From Vicinamibacteria bacterium (GTDB taxonomy: Bacteria; Acidobacteriota; Vicinamibacteria; Vicinamibacterales; JAENWD01), in contig CAWBBN010000015.1 in assembly GCA_963787035.1 (NCBI GenBank), positions 430,306 through 494,305 of the forward strand: a DNA stretch of 64,000 nt. The letters are read 5' to 3'. Numbering within the stretch: position 1 is the first letter of the stretch; each line of letters opens with the position of its first letter. A model generated the notes under the pieces. That model saw nothing but the letters and a program-made list of their open reading frames with translations. It made no database searches and was not told the origin of the DNA. Shown one piece after another: positions 51,546 to 62,929 of the stretch. A program made the position numbers and the translations under genes.

Positions 51546-52366
51546 TCAGACGAGACCGACGAGGACTTTCGGGCCGGTGGGCGCGGGCACACCGCCTGCG
51601 GGCTCGAGCGTGACGGCCACGGCAATCGGCTGCGCGATCGTCGCCGGCGTCGCGAACACGGCGTTGACGCGGCCCTGCGCGTCGGGCTCGACCAGTCCGG
51701 CGCTCAGCGGCGCCGGATCCTTCGTCACGACCCACACCTGATAGGTGCGGCCGGGCGGCGGGGCCGGCAACGACGTCGCCGAGAACACCATGCCTCGCGC
51801 GCGGCTCCAGAACGCGCGAGCCGCTCGCCGAGGGCGCCTGTCCCGGCTGTCCTGCGAGATCGATGCGCGCGACGTCCGGCGCGACGAGCACGGCGAACGC
51901 CGACTCGCTGCGATCCGACGCCTGCTGAAGCGACGCCAGACGAACGCCGGTCGCGGCCGCTTCGGCGCGCGCCGCCTGCAGCTCGGCGCGCACGGTGTCG
52001 AGCTCGCCGCCGAACGCGCAGGCTGTCCATTCCGAAGTACGCGGCCAGCAGCAGCGACGCCGCCGCGACGAGCCACGGCGTCCACGAGACGCTACGCATC
52101 GTCGCGCGGGCGGTCGGCTTCGACGGCAGTGCCGCGACAACCGCTCGACCTGCCGTTCGCGCGATGATCTGCGAGCGCACCGCGTCCGACGGCGCGTCCA
52201 GCGGTCCGGAGGCGGCCAGCGAGAGCGCGACGTCGGCCAGGCCGGCCGCCTCGGCGCGGCACATGGCGCAGCTCGCGAGGTGACTCTCCACCTCGCGGCT
52301 CTCGTTGGCGCGCAACGCGCCAATCGCCCACGCCGGCAGGCTCTCCTGCAGATCTTCGTGTGTCAC
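51546..52366 (-). CDS. Anti-sigma factor (zinc-finger N-terminus, RskA-like C-terminal domain); frameshift
   Basis: …HLASCAMCRAE…, a TM segment, then …TYQVWVVTKDPAPLSAGLV…. Confidence 0.55.
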
Positions 52367-52462
52367 GGCTGAATCAACGCCCTGCTCATACTACGCGAGG
52401 CCGCCCCCGCCAGATTCCGGGCGTGCCGGACCGTGAAATCCTGGGACGAATGACGGGGCTAC

Positions 52463-55142
52463 TGGGCCGTCGCGGTCTTCTCGGTCGCGCCGAGCGCCAG
52501 CAGGTTCGCGAGCAGCTCGTACGCCCCTTCGGTCCCGGCCAGGCAGCTGCCGCCACAGGTTCAGGCCCGACGTAAATCCATCGGCCGCTGCCCGCGTGCG
52601 CTTCGACGAGCGCGCCGCGCTTCGCTCCGGCGTTGTACGGGAACGGGTCGGCGGTCTCGACGAGATCGACGTATTTCGGATCGCGCTCGCCGAGGAAGTA
52701 CAGCCCGCGCTCCTGCACCCAGTGCTCCCACGTCCGCTGGTCGATGCGATTGGGCCGCGTGAAGACCGGATGGTCCGGGACGAGGACTGTCACCGGCGCC
52801 GACTCGTCGGTGACGCGGTTGTTGCTGACCTTGGCCGGATACGGACCGTACTGCGCCTGGTTGAACTCGAACTTGTTGTACTGAACGATCAGCGTGCCGC
52901 CGCCTTCGACGTACTCGATCAGCCGGTGGTTGTACGCACGCAGATCCTTCCGTCGCTCGTAGGCGCGGACGCCGGTGACGATCACGTCGTACCGCGCGAG
53001 ATCGCCTGACGCGAGATCCTGCTCGGTCAGCTGACGGACGCTCGCGCCAAGCTGCTCGATCGCATCAGGCACCTTGTCGCCGACGCCCATCACGTATCCG
53101 ACCTTGAGCCCGGCCGGCACGCGCACGTCGAGCGCCTTGATGGTCACATTCGCGTCCGCGTAGATGTGCTGCCGTCGCGTGTGCGGGTACTCGATCACCT
53201 GGTAGCCGCGCGTCCAGTCCTTGCCGTCGAACGCCACGCGCGCGGGCACGGCGAACGTCCCCGGCTTCAATCCCGCTGGCGGCTCGACGGTGAACCTGAC
53301 GCTTGCCGCTTCACCGGATCGCCCGAGCGACACCTTTGACTGCGCGGGATCGATGCGCCATCCCGCGGGCACGTCGAGCGAGACGACGGCGTCAGCCGCC
53401 GCGCTGGTGTTGTTCGTGACGGTGACCGTCACCTGCCGCGCACGCTCGCTCGGGCCCTTCGCTGCCGTGTGCACCGGCCCCGGCGCGGCCGTCGGGACGA
53501 TCGCGATGTCGGGCGTCACGCTGACGGTCAGCGCGGGAACCACGAGCAGCTCCATGCGCTTCTCGCCGCTGAAGATGTTGCCCTCGTAGCGGTTCACGAC
53601 CGGCAGATCGACCGACACGGGCGCGCCCGCAATCGTGAACGCGAAGTGCGCGCGGAACGGCGTCGGACGATACGGCAGACCGAACGGCGCGTCCGGTGCA
53701 AAGACATAGCGGCCAGCCTCGCCCGGTCGCGTCCAGTAGGGCTCGGTCACGCGCGAATCCGCCGGAATCGTCGTCTGGGCCTCGCACTGCGAGATGCCGC
53801 CGCCGGCGACGGGCTCCGCCTTGCACGGCGTCGAGCTCGACGTGAACCCTTCGAGCGTGGGACTCGACGCCTCGACGGCCTCACGTCCGCGATTCGCGGC
53901 AATCAGCGTCACCTTCACGGGCTGGCCCCCGGTGACGACGCCGGTGCTGGCAAGCGCTTCGAGCCGGAGGCCCTGCGCGAGGACGAGCGCCGACTCGAAC
54001 TTCGCGATGGTCTGCGCAAGCCGGAAGTCGATCTCGTAGACAGCGTCAGGCGCGATGCGGAGCGACGCGAGGCTCTCGCGCAGCTTTCGGGCGGCCACCA
54101 GACCGGCCGCCAGCGGCGCCTCGGCGCTCTCGGGGCCCGCGTTGCGCACGCGTTCGTCCGCGCTCTTCACGGCCGCCGCAATCGACGCGAGACCATTGGT
54201 GAGCGCTCCCGGAGGCGTCGCGCCGGCGAAGCGCGCGAGCCCGGGGACGCTCGTGTCGATCCCTTCGAACAGCGACGCTTCGTCCTTGCCCTTCTGCGCG
54301 TCGAGCGTGGTGTCCACCAGCCGGTATTTCACGACCCACGGGCCTGGCAGCGCGAGCAGCTGGCCGAAGCCCTGGCACTTGTGCATGGCGCGCGCCTCGC
54401 TGCCGATCTCGGCGTAGGTCTTGCCGAGCAGCGGGTCGTACACGTTCGCATCTGCCGTCGCGAACGGCCCGGGCGGCGGCTGATCGTTCTGGAACATGCC
54501 GTAGTACGCGGCCTGGTAGACCTTCGCGGGCTGCCATGGACGGAGGCCATCCTTCGATTGCTCGGGATACAGCGCCGGATCGCCCGCGGCGCGGAACGCC
54601 TCGGTGCCGAGCCGCGCGGACGCCTGATGGTGCTGTCCGCCGCCGGCGCCATCCGGCCGCATCGTCACGAGCACGTCGGGCCGCGTGAGCCGAATCAGCC
54701 GGACGTAGTCGCCGAGGATCTCGCTCTTGCCCCACTTGTCGAACGTCTCGTCGACGCTGAACGAGAAGCCGAAATCGACCGCTCGCGCGAAGAACTGCTC
54801 CGCCCCATCGTAGTGATGCGCCGCCAGCAGCTCTTCGGTGCGCAGCACGCCGAGCGCCTCGAAGATCTCCGGGCCAATCTCGTTCTGTCCGCCGTTGCCG
54901 CGCGTGGCCGTCGCGAGCACCACGCGCATGCCCTCGCCGTGACTCTCCATCGCCATCAGCGCGCTGTTCTCGTCGTCCGGATGCGCGGTGATGTGCATCA
55001 CCGTGGCCACGGTCGCGAGCTTGCGCAGCATCAGGCGAAGCGCGACATCGCCGCGCAGGTCGGTGATGCCCGTGGCGGCGCTCGGACGCGACGGCGCGAC
55101 GAGGATCAGGGCGAGGACGACGGACAGGAGGACAGGGACCAT
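52463..55142 (-). CDS. PIG-L/LmbE-family deacetylase with a large C-terminal extension; frame switches near the 3' end
   Basis: …MHITAHPDDENSALMAMESHG… (HPDDE motif). ~890 aa. The true C-terminus …GLNLWRQLPAGTEGAYELLANLLALGATEKTATAQ* is reachable only after a frame switch. Confidence 0.65.
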
Positions 55143-55232
55143 CCGCCCGCGGAGACGGGGACGCTGGACGCGGACCATGAGGATCACTTTATCAGGCGCA
55201 ACGGCTCCCGTCGCGCCGGCGCCTGTGCACGG

Positions 55233-56468
55233 CTACCGCCGCGCGGCGAGGCGGCCGAAGCCGAAATACGCATCCGACCGCTCAGGTTGATCGAGACAGG
55301 CGCGGACGAGGATCCGGCTCGCAAGGAAGGCGGCCGACAGGTTCGCGCCGAGGCCGAGCGCGAACAGGTGATTCGGGTAATTCCGGTGCGGCCCGATGAA
55401 CGGCAGGTCGTCCACCGCGCGGCTCCACGGCGCGTGCCAGCCGTAGTCGGGCAGGACGCCGGAGATCGCCGGCAGCGCGAGCGACAGCTCGTACATCAAC
55501 TGTCCGGTCCGCTGCACCAGCGTCGTCTTGCGAAGTCTGTCGGGCACGCTCGGTTGATCGGCGCCGGTCCAGAGGATGCGGTCGTCGGCCGTCCAGCAGA
55601 GCCGATGTGGAGGCATCGACCGGTCGATCACGATCGCCTCTCGCGAGCCGGCGCTGCGGCGCACGTCGGCGCCGAGCGACGGCGTCAGCACCGAATAGGA
55701 CTCCGACTCCACGAAATGCCGCGACAGCGCGCTGAACAGGGGCGCCGCAGTCCCGGTGGCGAGGATCACCTGATTCGCCGCGATCTCATGTCGTCCGGAT
55801 ATCAGCTGGACGCCGGTGCGCGTGTGGCGGACCTTGTCGATCGTCGCGTGCTCGTAGACGGCGGCGCCGCGCACGGCCGCCGCGCGCGCGAAGCCGATCG
55901 CCGCGCGATACGGATCGAGCGAGGCATGCCCGGACGTCTTCACGCCGCCGGCGCCGTCGATGCCGGTCGCGGCCAGCAGCGCCTTCTGCGTGATCCACGC
56001 GCCCTCGAGCCCCGCGTCCTTCAACGCCGCGAGCTCGCGCTTCAGCAGCTTCGCCTCGGCGTCGGTGCGCGCCGCGACGATGGCGTCGGCCGGCTGGAGG
56101 CTGCACTTGATGTCGAGCCGGCGGAGGGTCGCCTGGGCGTCGAGCGCGGAGCGCCGGGTGTCCTGCCACAGCGCGCGGGCGACCTTGCGGCCATGGGCTT
56201 TCTCCAGGGTCAGGTAGTCGGCGCCGGGCATGGCCAGCAGCAGGCCGGCGGCCTGCGACGTCGCGCCGCCGCCGATCTGGCCGGCTTCAAAGATCGCGAC
56301 CCGCAGCCCGGCTGCCGCCAGACCGTAGGCCGTCGCGCATCCCGCCAGTCCGCCGCCGACGACGGCGATTGGGATTTCGACCGAACTGCTGAGCTTCGGA
56401 TAGGCCGGGCGCCTGGTTTTCGGGAACGATTCCAGCCATGGGGACTGGCCGTACTTGATCGCGGGCAT
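55233..56468 (-). CDS. FAD-dependent oxidoreductase (DadA-like)
   Basis: …IAVVGGGLAGCATAYGLAAAG… Rossmann motif. 411 aa, intact. Confidence 0.75.
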   Translation of the reverse strand: MPAIKYGQSPWLESFPKTRRPAYPKLSSSVEIPIAVVGGGLAGCATAYGLAAAGLRVAIFEAGQIGGGATSQAAGLLLAMPGADYLTLEKAHGRKVARALWQDTRRSALDAQATLRRLDIKCSLQPADAIVAARTDAEAKLLKRELAALKDAGLEGAWITQKALLAATGIDGAGGVKTSGHASLDPYRAAIGFARAAAVRGAAVYEHATIDKVRHTRTGVQLISGRHEIAANQVILATGTAAPLFSALSRHFVESESYSVLTPSLGADVRRSAGSREAIVIDRSMPPHRLCWTADDRILWTGADQPSVPDRLRKTTLVQRTGQLMYELSLALPAISGVLPDYGWHAPWSRAVDDLPFIGPHRNYPNHLFALGLGANLSAAFLASRILVRACLDQPERSDAYFGFGRLAARR

Positions 56469-56481
56469 CGCGCGCCATCTT

Positions 56482-57708
56482 TTACGAGGGGGAGGCGCGG
56501 GTCAAGCGGATTGCGGGTGAGGCGGGCGGCGGAAGCCGGAAGGTCGGATCAGGTCGGGCGGGTCTGGCAGGTCGATTTCGGTGCCTGCGCGAGCCGGCGT
56601 CCAGCTGAACGCCGGCCCGTGCCAGCTTACCGCGATAACTGCCCTCGCGTTCGAGCAACCGGGCCTTCCGCTCGGCGCCCCAGCGGTAGCCGCCGACGCC
56701 GCCGGCGGCCGGCACAACGCGGTGGCACGGGACGACCAGCGCAATCGGGTTGGTCGCGCAGGCGCGCGCCACGGCGCGGGTGGCCGTCGGTCGCCCGATC
56801 GCGCGAGCGACGTCGGCGTAGGTCCGTGTGCCGCCGCGCGGGATCTGACGAAGCGCCTTCCACACGAGCTGCTGGAACACGGTGCCGCGGACGTCCGTGG
56901 GTAACTCGCGCGCGGCACGGCCGTCGGCCATATCGACCACGGCCTTCGTCGTCTGCTGCAGTCCCTTGTCGTCACGCACGACGTGCGCGGCAGGGAACTC
57001 GTCGCCGAGGATCGCCGTGAGCTCGTCGTCGGTCTCCGCGATGGCGACACGGCACAGGCCCCGCGGCGTCGACGCCACGAGAACGCGGCCGAGACTGGAC
57101 GACCCGATGGCGTAGCGGATCTCGGCGCTCTTGCCGCCGCTTCGATACGTGCGCGGCGTCATGCCGAGTGCGCCTGCAGCAGCCTCATAGGCGCGGCTCG
57201 GCAATCCGTAGCCCGCCTCGTACACGGCGTCGGCGGACTTCGCGCCCGACTTGAGCGACGTCTTCAGGCGCTCGACTCGTCGCGCCGCCGCGTACTCGCG
57301 CGGGCTGACGCCGTAGAGCTTCGCGAAGCTGCGCTGCAAGTGCCACGGAGTGATGCCCGCGACCTTCGAGAGCGTCGCCAGCGTGGGAACCTCGTCGGCG
57401 TGCGCGTCGATCCACCGGCGCGCGCGCTCGACACGCGCGACGGCCGGCGACACGGGCTCGTCCGGACGGCATCGCCGGCACGCGCGATAGCCCGCGCGCG
57501 CGGCCTCGCTGCCGGCGTCGAAGAACAACACGTGCTGGCGGAGCGGCCGCCGGCTCGGGCACGTCGGCCGGCAGTAGACACCGGTCGTCGTCACGGCGTA
57601 CACGAACCGGCCGTCGGCGGAGAGATCGCGCGAGAGGACCGCCTGCCAGCGCGCGTTCGAGTGGGTGGGAACGGACGAAGAAGCCACGGAGAGCGTCTCG
57701 GTGATCAT
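56482..57708 (-). CDS. ada: Bifunctional Ada: methylphosphotriester-DNA methyltransferase / AraC-type activator / O6-methylguanine-DNA methyltransferase; 3' end probably frameshifted
   Basis: N-terminal Zn site …VYCRPTCPSRRP…CRRCRP…. AraC HTH. …LVVPCHRVV… (Ogt active-site PCHR). Confidence 0.75.
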   Translation of the reverse strand: MITETLSVASSSVPTHSNARWQAVLSRDLSADGRFVYAVTTTGVYCRPTCPSRRPLRQHVLFFDAGSEAARAGYRACRRCRPDEPVSPAVARVERARRWIDAHADEVPTLATLSKVAGITPWHLQRSFAKLYGVSPREYAAARRVERLKTSLKSGAKSADAVYEAGYGLPSRAYEAAAGALGMTPRTYRSGGKSAEIRYAIGSSSLGRVLVASTPRGLCRVAIAETDDELTAILGDEFPAAHVVRDDKGLQQTTKAVVDMADGRAARELPTDVRGTVFQQLVWKALRQIPRGGTRTYADVARAIGRPTATRAVARACATNPIALVVPCHRVVPAAGGVGGYRWGAERKARLLEREGSYRGKLARAGVQLDAGSRRHRNRPARPARPDPTFRLPPPASPAIRLTRASPS

Positions 57709-57852
57709 GCGCTCATTTCACCGCGGAGGCCACGGCGCGGTCGATCCGGGGCTTGCGGTCAAACTCAGGGCCGGCTTCGCCGGGCAGGGCCGGCCTTCGG
57801 CCGGCAGGGGCCCTCGCTGCGCTCGGGCGGGGCCGCTTCGCGGCGGGGCAGC

Positions 57853-58281
57853 TCAGCGCTTCTCACAGCGAGCCTTCAGCCCGTTGGCTTCCATCGCGAG
57901 ATAGCGCTCGTTGATGTCCTTCGTCATCCAGGCGACGAGCTTCGCGAGGAGCCCCTCGTAGCGAATCGACAGCGTCACGCGCGAGCCGCCGGCGCGAGGG
58001 TCGATCGAGTGGTGCGCGGTGACGAGGATGCCCGGGCCTTTCGAGATCCAGGTGAAGCTGCGTCCCGGTTCGATCGCGCTGACGGTCCAGAGCGCGGGCG
58101 GGAGTTTCGGCTGGCGGATGCGGGCGCGGCTGCCGATCGCGAACGGGCCGGAATCGAGGCGCGTGATGCTGGTCACCGAGGGCGTCCACTCGGGCCACCG
58201 TTCGACATCCGACATGACGGCCAGCACCGCGTCGGGCGCGGCGTTGATGTCGACCGACTTCGAGAAGCTGAGCGGAGTCAC
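57853..58281 (-). CDS. SRPBCC (polyketide_cyc2/START-like) protein
   Basis: 142 aa. …VMSDVERWPEWTPSV…. Confidence 0.65.
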   Translation of the reverse strand: MTPLSFSKSVDINAAPDAVLAVMSDVERWPEWTPSVTSITRLDSGPFAIGSRARIRQPKLPPALWTVSAIEPGRSFTWISKGPGILVTAHHSIDPRAGGSRVTLSIRYEGLLAKLVAWMTKDINERYLAMEANGLKARCEKR

Positions 58282-58305
58282 CGTGCCGGCCCTCCTGACA
58301 GGCGA

Positions 58306-59448
58306 TCAGCTGCGGACGAGCGCCTCGCGCGCGGCGACGGCGAGCCTGCGCGCGGATCTGGTGTCGGCCGCCAGCGCCGTGAGATGCCCCATCTTCCGCC
58401 CGGCGCGGGGCTCCGCCTTGCCGTAGAGATGCAGGTGGACGCCCGGCATCGCGCAGGCCGCCGCCCAGTCCGGCTCGCCCTGCGCCCACAGGTCGCCGAG
58501 AAGGTTCGCCATGGCCGACGGGCGAAGCGGCTCGATCGATCCCGGCGGCAGCCCGCAGATCGCGCGCACGTGCTGCTCGAACTGGCTCGTCATGCACGCG
58601 TCGATCGTCAGGTGCCCGGAGTTGTGCGGCCGCGGCGCCAGCTCGTTGATGAGCAGCTCGCCGTCGGGCGTCAGGAAGAACTCGATGCAGAGCAGCCCCG
58701 TCAGATCGAGCGCCTCGACGACGCCACGCGCGATCTCGGCGGCGCGGGCCTCGACGGCCGGCGGCACGCTGGCGGGGTGCACCGAGACGTCGAGGATGTG
58801 GTTCGCGTGCGAGTTCTCGATCAGGCCGTAGCTCGCGATCCACCCGGTCACGCCGCGCGCCACGATCGTCGAGACCTCGCGCTCGAACGGGATGAACTTC
58901 TCGAGGATGGCCTCGCGCTTGCCCAATGCCGTCCACGCCGCGCGAGCGGCGTCAGCGCTCGAGACTTTGGACTGGCCCTTGCCGTCGTAGCCGAAGCTCG
59001 CGGTCTTCAGCACGGCAGGCGTCCCGATCGTCGAGAGCGCGGCGTCGAGATCCGCGTCCGTTCGGATGTGCGCGAACGGCGTCACCGGGAAGCCGCGCTC
59101 GGCGAGGTAGCTCTTCTCGCGGACCCGTTGCTGCGCGACGTGCAGCGCCACCCCGCTCGGCCGGACGGGCGCGAAGGCGGCCGCCGCTTCGGCCGTGGCC
59201 GCCGGAATGTTCTCGAACTCGAACGTCACGACGTCCACGCCGCCGCCGAACATGGCGACGGCCTCCAGGTCGTCGTACGAGGCCACGACCTCGAGGTCCG
59301 CAACCTGACCGGCAGGCGTGTCGCGCTCGGGCGAGAAGATGTGGATGCGATAGCCGAGCCGGCGCGCGGCCAGCGCGAACATGCGGCCCAGCTGACCGCT
59401 GCCGAGCACTCCGATTGTCGCGCCCGGCAGGATGGGCGCGGCGCTCAT
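58306..59448 (-). CDS. purK: N5-carboxyaminoimidazole ribonucleotide synthase
   Basis: 380 aa, intact. ATP-grasp …[14 protein letters not shown]…. Confidence 0.9.
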   Translation of the reverse strand: MSAAPILPGATIGVLGSGQLGRMFALAARRLGYRIHIFSPERDTPAGQVADLEVVASYDDLEAVAMFGGGVDVVTFEFENIPAATAEAAAAFAPVRPSGVALHVAQQRVREKSYLAERGFPVTPFAHIRTDADLDAALSTIGTPAVLKTASFGYDGKGQSKVSSADAARAAWTALGKREAILEKFIPFEREVSTIVARGVTGWIASYGLIENSHANHILDVSVHPASVPPAVEARAAEIARGVVEALDLTGLLCIEFFLTPDGELLINELAPRPHNSGHLTIDACMTSQFEQHVRAICGLPPGSIEPLRPSAMANLLGDLWAQGEPDWAAACAMPGVHLHLYGKAEPRAGRKMGHLTALAADTRSARRLAVAAREALVRS

Positions 59449-59954
59449 TCGAGCGTGTCCTGCTTGACGCGCGCGGTCTGGTCGGCGCGGAACGTCGCGA
59501 GCTTGGTCCGGAGGCCGGGGTCCGACGTCGCGAGGATGGCGATCGCGAGCAGCGCCGCGTTGGTCGCGCCGGCCTTGCCGATCGCCAGCGTCCCCACGGG
59601 CACTCCTGCGGGCATCTGCACGATCGAGAGCAGCGAGTCGAGGCCCTTGAGCGCGTGGCTTTCCACCGGCACGCCGAGCACCGGCAGCGTCGTCTGGGAC
59701 GCAATCATGCCTGGAAGATGGGCGGCGCCGCCCGCGCCCGCGATGATGACCTTCAGCCCGCGGCCTTCGGCCTCACGGGCGTAGTCGGCCATCTCGTTCG
59801 GCGTGCGATGCGCGGAGACGATCCGGCACTCGTGCGGGACACCGAACTCGGTCAGGACCTGGTCGGCGTGCTTCAGCGTCTCCCAGTCCGACTTGCTGCC
59901 CATGACGACGCCCACCACCGGTGGTTGCTCGCTCACGCTAGGCATCATAGCCAC
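59445..59954 (-). CDS. purE: N5-CAIR mutase
   Basis: …[15 protein letters not shown]…[12 protein letters not shown]…. Confidence 0.9.
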   Translation of the reverse strand: MAMMPSVSEQPPVVGVVMGSKSDWETLKHADQVLTEFGVPHECRIVSAHRTPNEMADYAREAEGRGLKVIIAGAGGAAHLPGMIASQTTLPVLGVPVESHALKGLDSLLSIVQMPAGVPVGTLAIGKAGATNAALLAIAILATSDPGLRTKLATFRADQTARVKQDTLE

Positions 59955-60215
59955 AGAGCCGCGGAGAACGCTACCGAGGTCCCGGAGGGATCAGCCACAG
60001 AGGCACAGAGAGCACAGAGGACGTTCTGGAGCGCGCGCCACAGAGGCACAGAGAACTCAGTGGTGCGTTCGCGGCCAATCTCCGTACTCGTCCGCGCCTC
60101 TGTGGCCGCGCCCAAATTGAATTCCTCTGTGCTCTCTGTGCCTCTGTGGCGGCCCGTTCTCGGCGTCGCTCAGTGGCCACTCTGATGACTCTGTGGCGGG
60201 CGAAGCAGCGACCAG
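59940..60215. repeat. Composite CACAGAG-rich palindromic element upstream of purE, overlapping the terC 3' end
   Basis: CCACAGAGGCACAGAGAGCACAGAGGA … TCCTCTGTGCTCTCTGTGCCTCTGTGG inverted arms ~110 bp apart. CACAGAGCCGCGGAGA shares 15/16 with the element at 19262. Confidence 0.55.
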
Positions 60216-61109
60216 GCAATAGCGACAGCGAGAATCGCCGCGATGACGAGAAGCGAGATGCCAGGCGGCACGTGGTAGAACTCGATCGCGAGCATCTTGA
60301 ATCCCACGTAGGCGAGGATGACGGCCAGCCCGGTCTTCAGGTACGCGAACTTGTCCATGACGCCGGCCAGCAGAAAGAACATCGCCCGCAGGCCCAGAAT
60401 GGCGAAGACGTTCGACGTGTAGACGAGAAACGGATCTCGCGTGACCGCGAAAATCGCGGGAATCGAGTCCACGGCGAACATCAGGTCGCTCGATTCGATC
60501 ACGACCAGCACCGCCATCAGCGGCGTCGCCAGCGTCCGCCCGCCCTGGCGGACGAAGAAGGCGTCTCCCTGCATAGGAATCGGTCATCGGCACGAACCGT
60601 CGAAACAGTCGATACGCCGCGAGCTTCTCCGGCGGCGCGTCGTCGTGACCCGAGCGCAGCATCCGGTAGCCCGTGTAGACGAGCAGCGCGCCGAAGACGT
60701 ACATGATCCACTCGAAGCGCGCGATCATCGCCGCGCCGAGGAAGATGAACGCCGCGCGCATGACGAGCGCGCCGAAAATCCCCCAGAAGAGCACGCGGTG
60801 CTGCAGCCGTGGCGGCACCTTGAAGAACGAGAACACGACGAGGAACACGAAGACGTTGTCCACCGACAGCGCCTTCTCGATCAGGTAGCCGGTGACGAAC
60901 TGCACCGCGTACTCGTGCCCGGCCCAGTAATACAGTCCGGTCGCAAAGGCCAGCGACAGCGCCACCCAGACGAGACTCCAGGCGGCGGCTTCCTTGACGC
61001 TGACCTCGTGCGCGTCCCTGTGCAGCACGCCCAGGTCGAGCGCCAGCATCGCGACGATGAACGCCGTGAAGCCGGCCCAGAGCATGGGCGATCCGATCGT
61101 TTCAGGCAT
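60170..61109 (-). CDS. TerC-family integral membrane protein; frameshift near 60570
   Basis: …[12 protein letters not shown]… and …[36 protein letters not shown]… in two frames. Confidence 0.7.
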
Positions 61110-62813
61110 GAGGCTCCAACTTCCGCGCGGGGCCGTCGAAGGCGCTCACGGCCATCCCGACCAGCACGACGGCCGTCGCCCCGATGACGTTGTACCAGAG
61201 GAACGAGATCGACGGCATCCGCACGGCGACCCAGGCGACCGTGGACATCCCCGCAATGAGGCCGACGAAGGCGCCCGTGCCGGTCGCGCGCTTCGTGCCA
61301 ATCGCGAGCATGAAGACTCCCAGCAGCGAGCCGTAGAAGAACGACCCGAAGCGGTTGACGACTTCGATGAGCGACCCGAGTCGCGCGGCGTAGAGCGCGA
61401 CCGTGCAGGCCACCAGCGCCCAGCATCCCGTCGCGGTCCGCGACACGAGCAGGTAGTGCCGGTCGGTGGCGTCCTGGATTCAACCAGCGCTTGTAGACGT
61501 CGATCAGGCTCGCGGTCGCCAGCGCGTTGAGCTCGGCGCCAATCGCGGACATCGCCGCGGCGAAGATGGCGGCGATCATCAGGCCGACGAGCCCCATCGG
61601 CATGGTCGTCGTGATGAACGTCGGAAAGACGTAGTTGACGTCGGTGTAGCTCGCGTCGCCGGACGCGCGCTTCACCAGGTCGACAGCGTCCTTGCGGAGA
61701 GAGAGCATGCGGCCGTCCGCCGCGAGGAACCGCGCGCGGGCCGCCTCGAATGGCCGAGGCGTCGCCGGCGCCATGCGCGGATGCGAGCGCCGTTGCGGCG
61801 TCGCGCCGCTGCTGGAACGCCTGACCGAATTCCGTGTCGAGCGAGGCGAGGTGCGCAGCCTCCGTGGTCCCCTGCACGGCGCGGTCGTGCATCGGGTTGA
61901 AGAGCATCGGCGGACGCACGAACAGGTAGTGCGTGAACACCAGCACGCCGGTCAGCAGAATCAACGCCTGGAGCGGGATCTTCACGTAGGCGCTCACGAA
62001 GAGCGACTGGCGTCCCGCCTCCACCGACTTCGCCGTCAGGTAGCGCTGCACCTGGCTCTGATCGCAGCCGAAGTACGACAGCATCAGGAACAGCCCGCCG
62101 ATGAGCCCGGACCAGAACGTGTAGGTGTTGTTCGGATCGAAGCTGAAGTCGATCGCCGTGAGGCGCCCGGTTGCGCCGGCGACGTGCAGCGCCTCGCCCA
62201 GCGACACGTTCGATGGAAGCCCGATGACGAGCGTGGCGACCGCCGCACAGACGGCGGCGACGATCACGACCATCTGCTTCACGTCGGTCCATGTGACCGC
62301 CTGCACGCCGCCGAGCATCGTGTAGACCGCCGTCGGCAGGCCGATCGCCAGGACGGTCAGCGGCAGGCTCCAGCCCATCACGACCGAGAGAATCACCGAC
62401 GGCGCCGCGATGATCACGCCGCACTGCAGGCCGCGCGACAGCAGGAACAGCGCGCTCGTCAGCGCGCGCGTTTTCGCGTCGAATCGCCGCTCGAGATATT
62501 CGTACGCGGTGTAGACGCCCGCGCGATAGAAGAACGGCACCGCGGTGACCGAGAGGATGATCATCGCGAGCGGCAGGCCGAAGTAGAACTGCACGAACCT
62601 GAGGCCGTCGCGGTAGCCCTGCCCCGTCGTGCCGACGAGCGTGATCGCGCTGAGCTGCGTGGCCATCACCGACAGGCCTACGGCCCACCACGGATTGCTC
62701 CGATTCCCCAGGATGAAGCCGTCGACCTTGTCGCTGTTCTTCGTCCGGCGCAGGCCGTCCCAGACGATGAAGGTGAGATAGCCGCCGACGATGAGCCAAT
62801 CGAGCCAGCGCAT
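61102..62813 (-). CDS. Sodium:solute symporter (SSS family); two frame switches
   Basis: …[22 protein letters not shown]… (SSS signature region). C-terminal TMs in ORFs 60881-61774 and 61102-61446. Confidence 0.7.
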
Positions 62814-62929
62814 GCCGTCAGGCCGAGAACCAGCGCCCGGCGAGCCAGAGCGCGATCAGCACCAGCGTCTCGACGAGAAGGATGCGGAGGGCCGTGCGGC
62901 GAAAGGCGCGATCCGAGCCTGTCATCGGC

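Noticed and set aside
53469-57020. 1183-aa plus-strand ORF
   Set aside because: It is antisense to the PIG-L deacetylase, the FAD oxidoreductase and ada. The translation is Arg/His/Asp-rich noise and so is a spurious GC-driven ORF.
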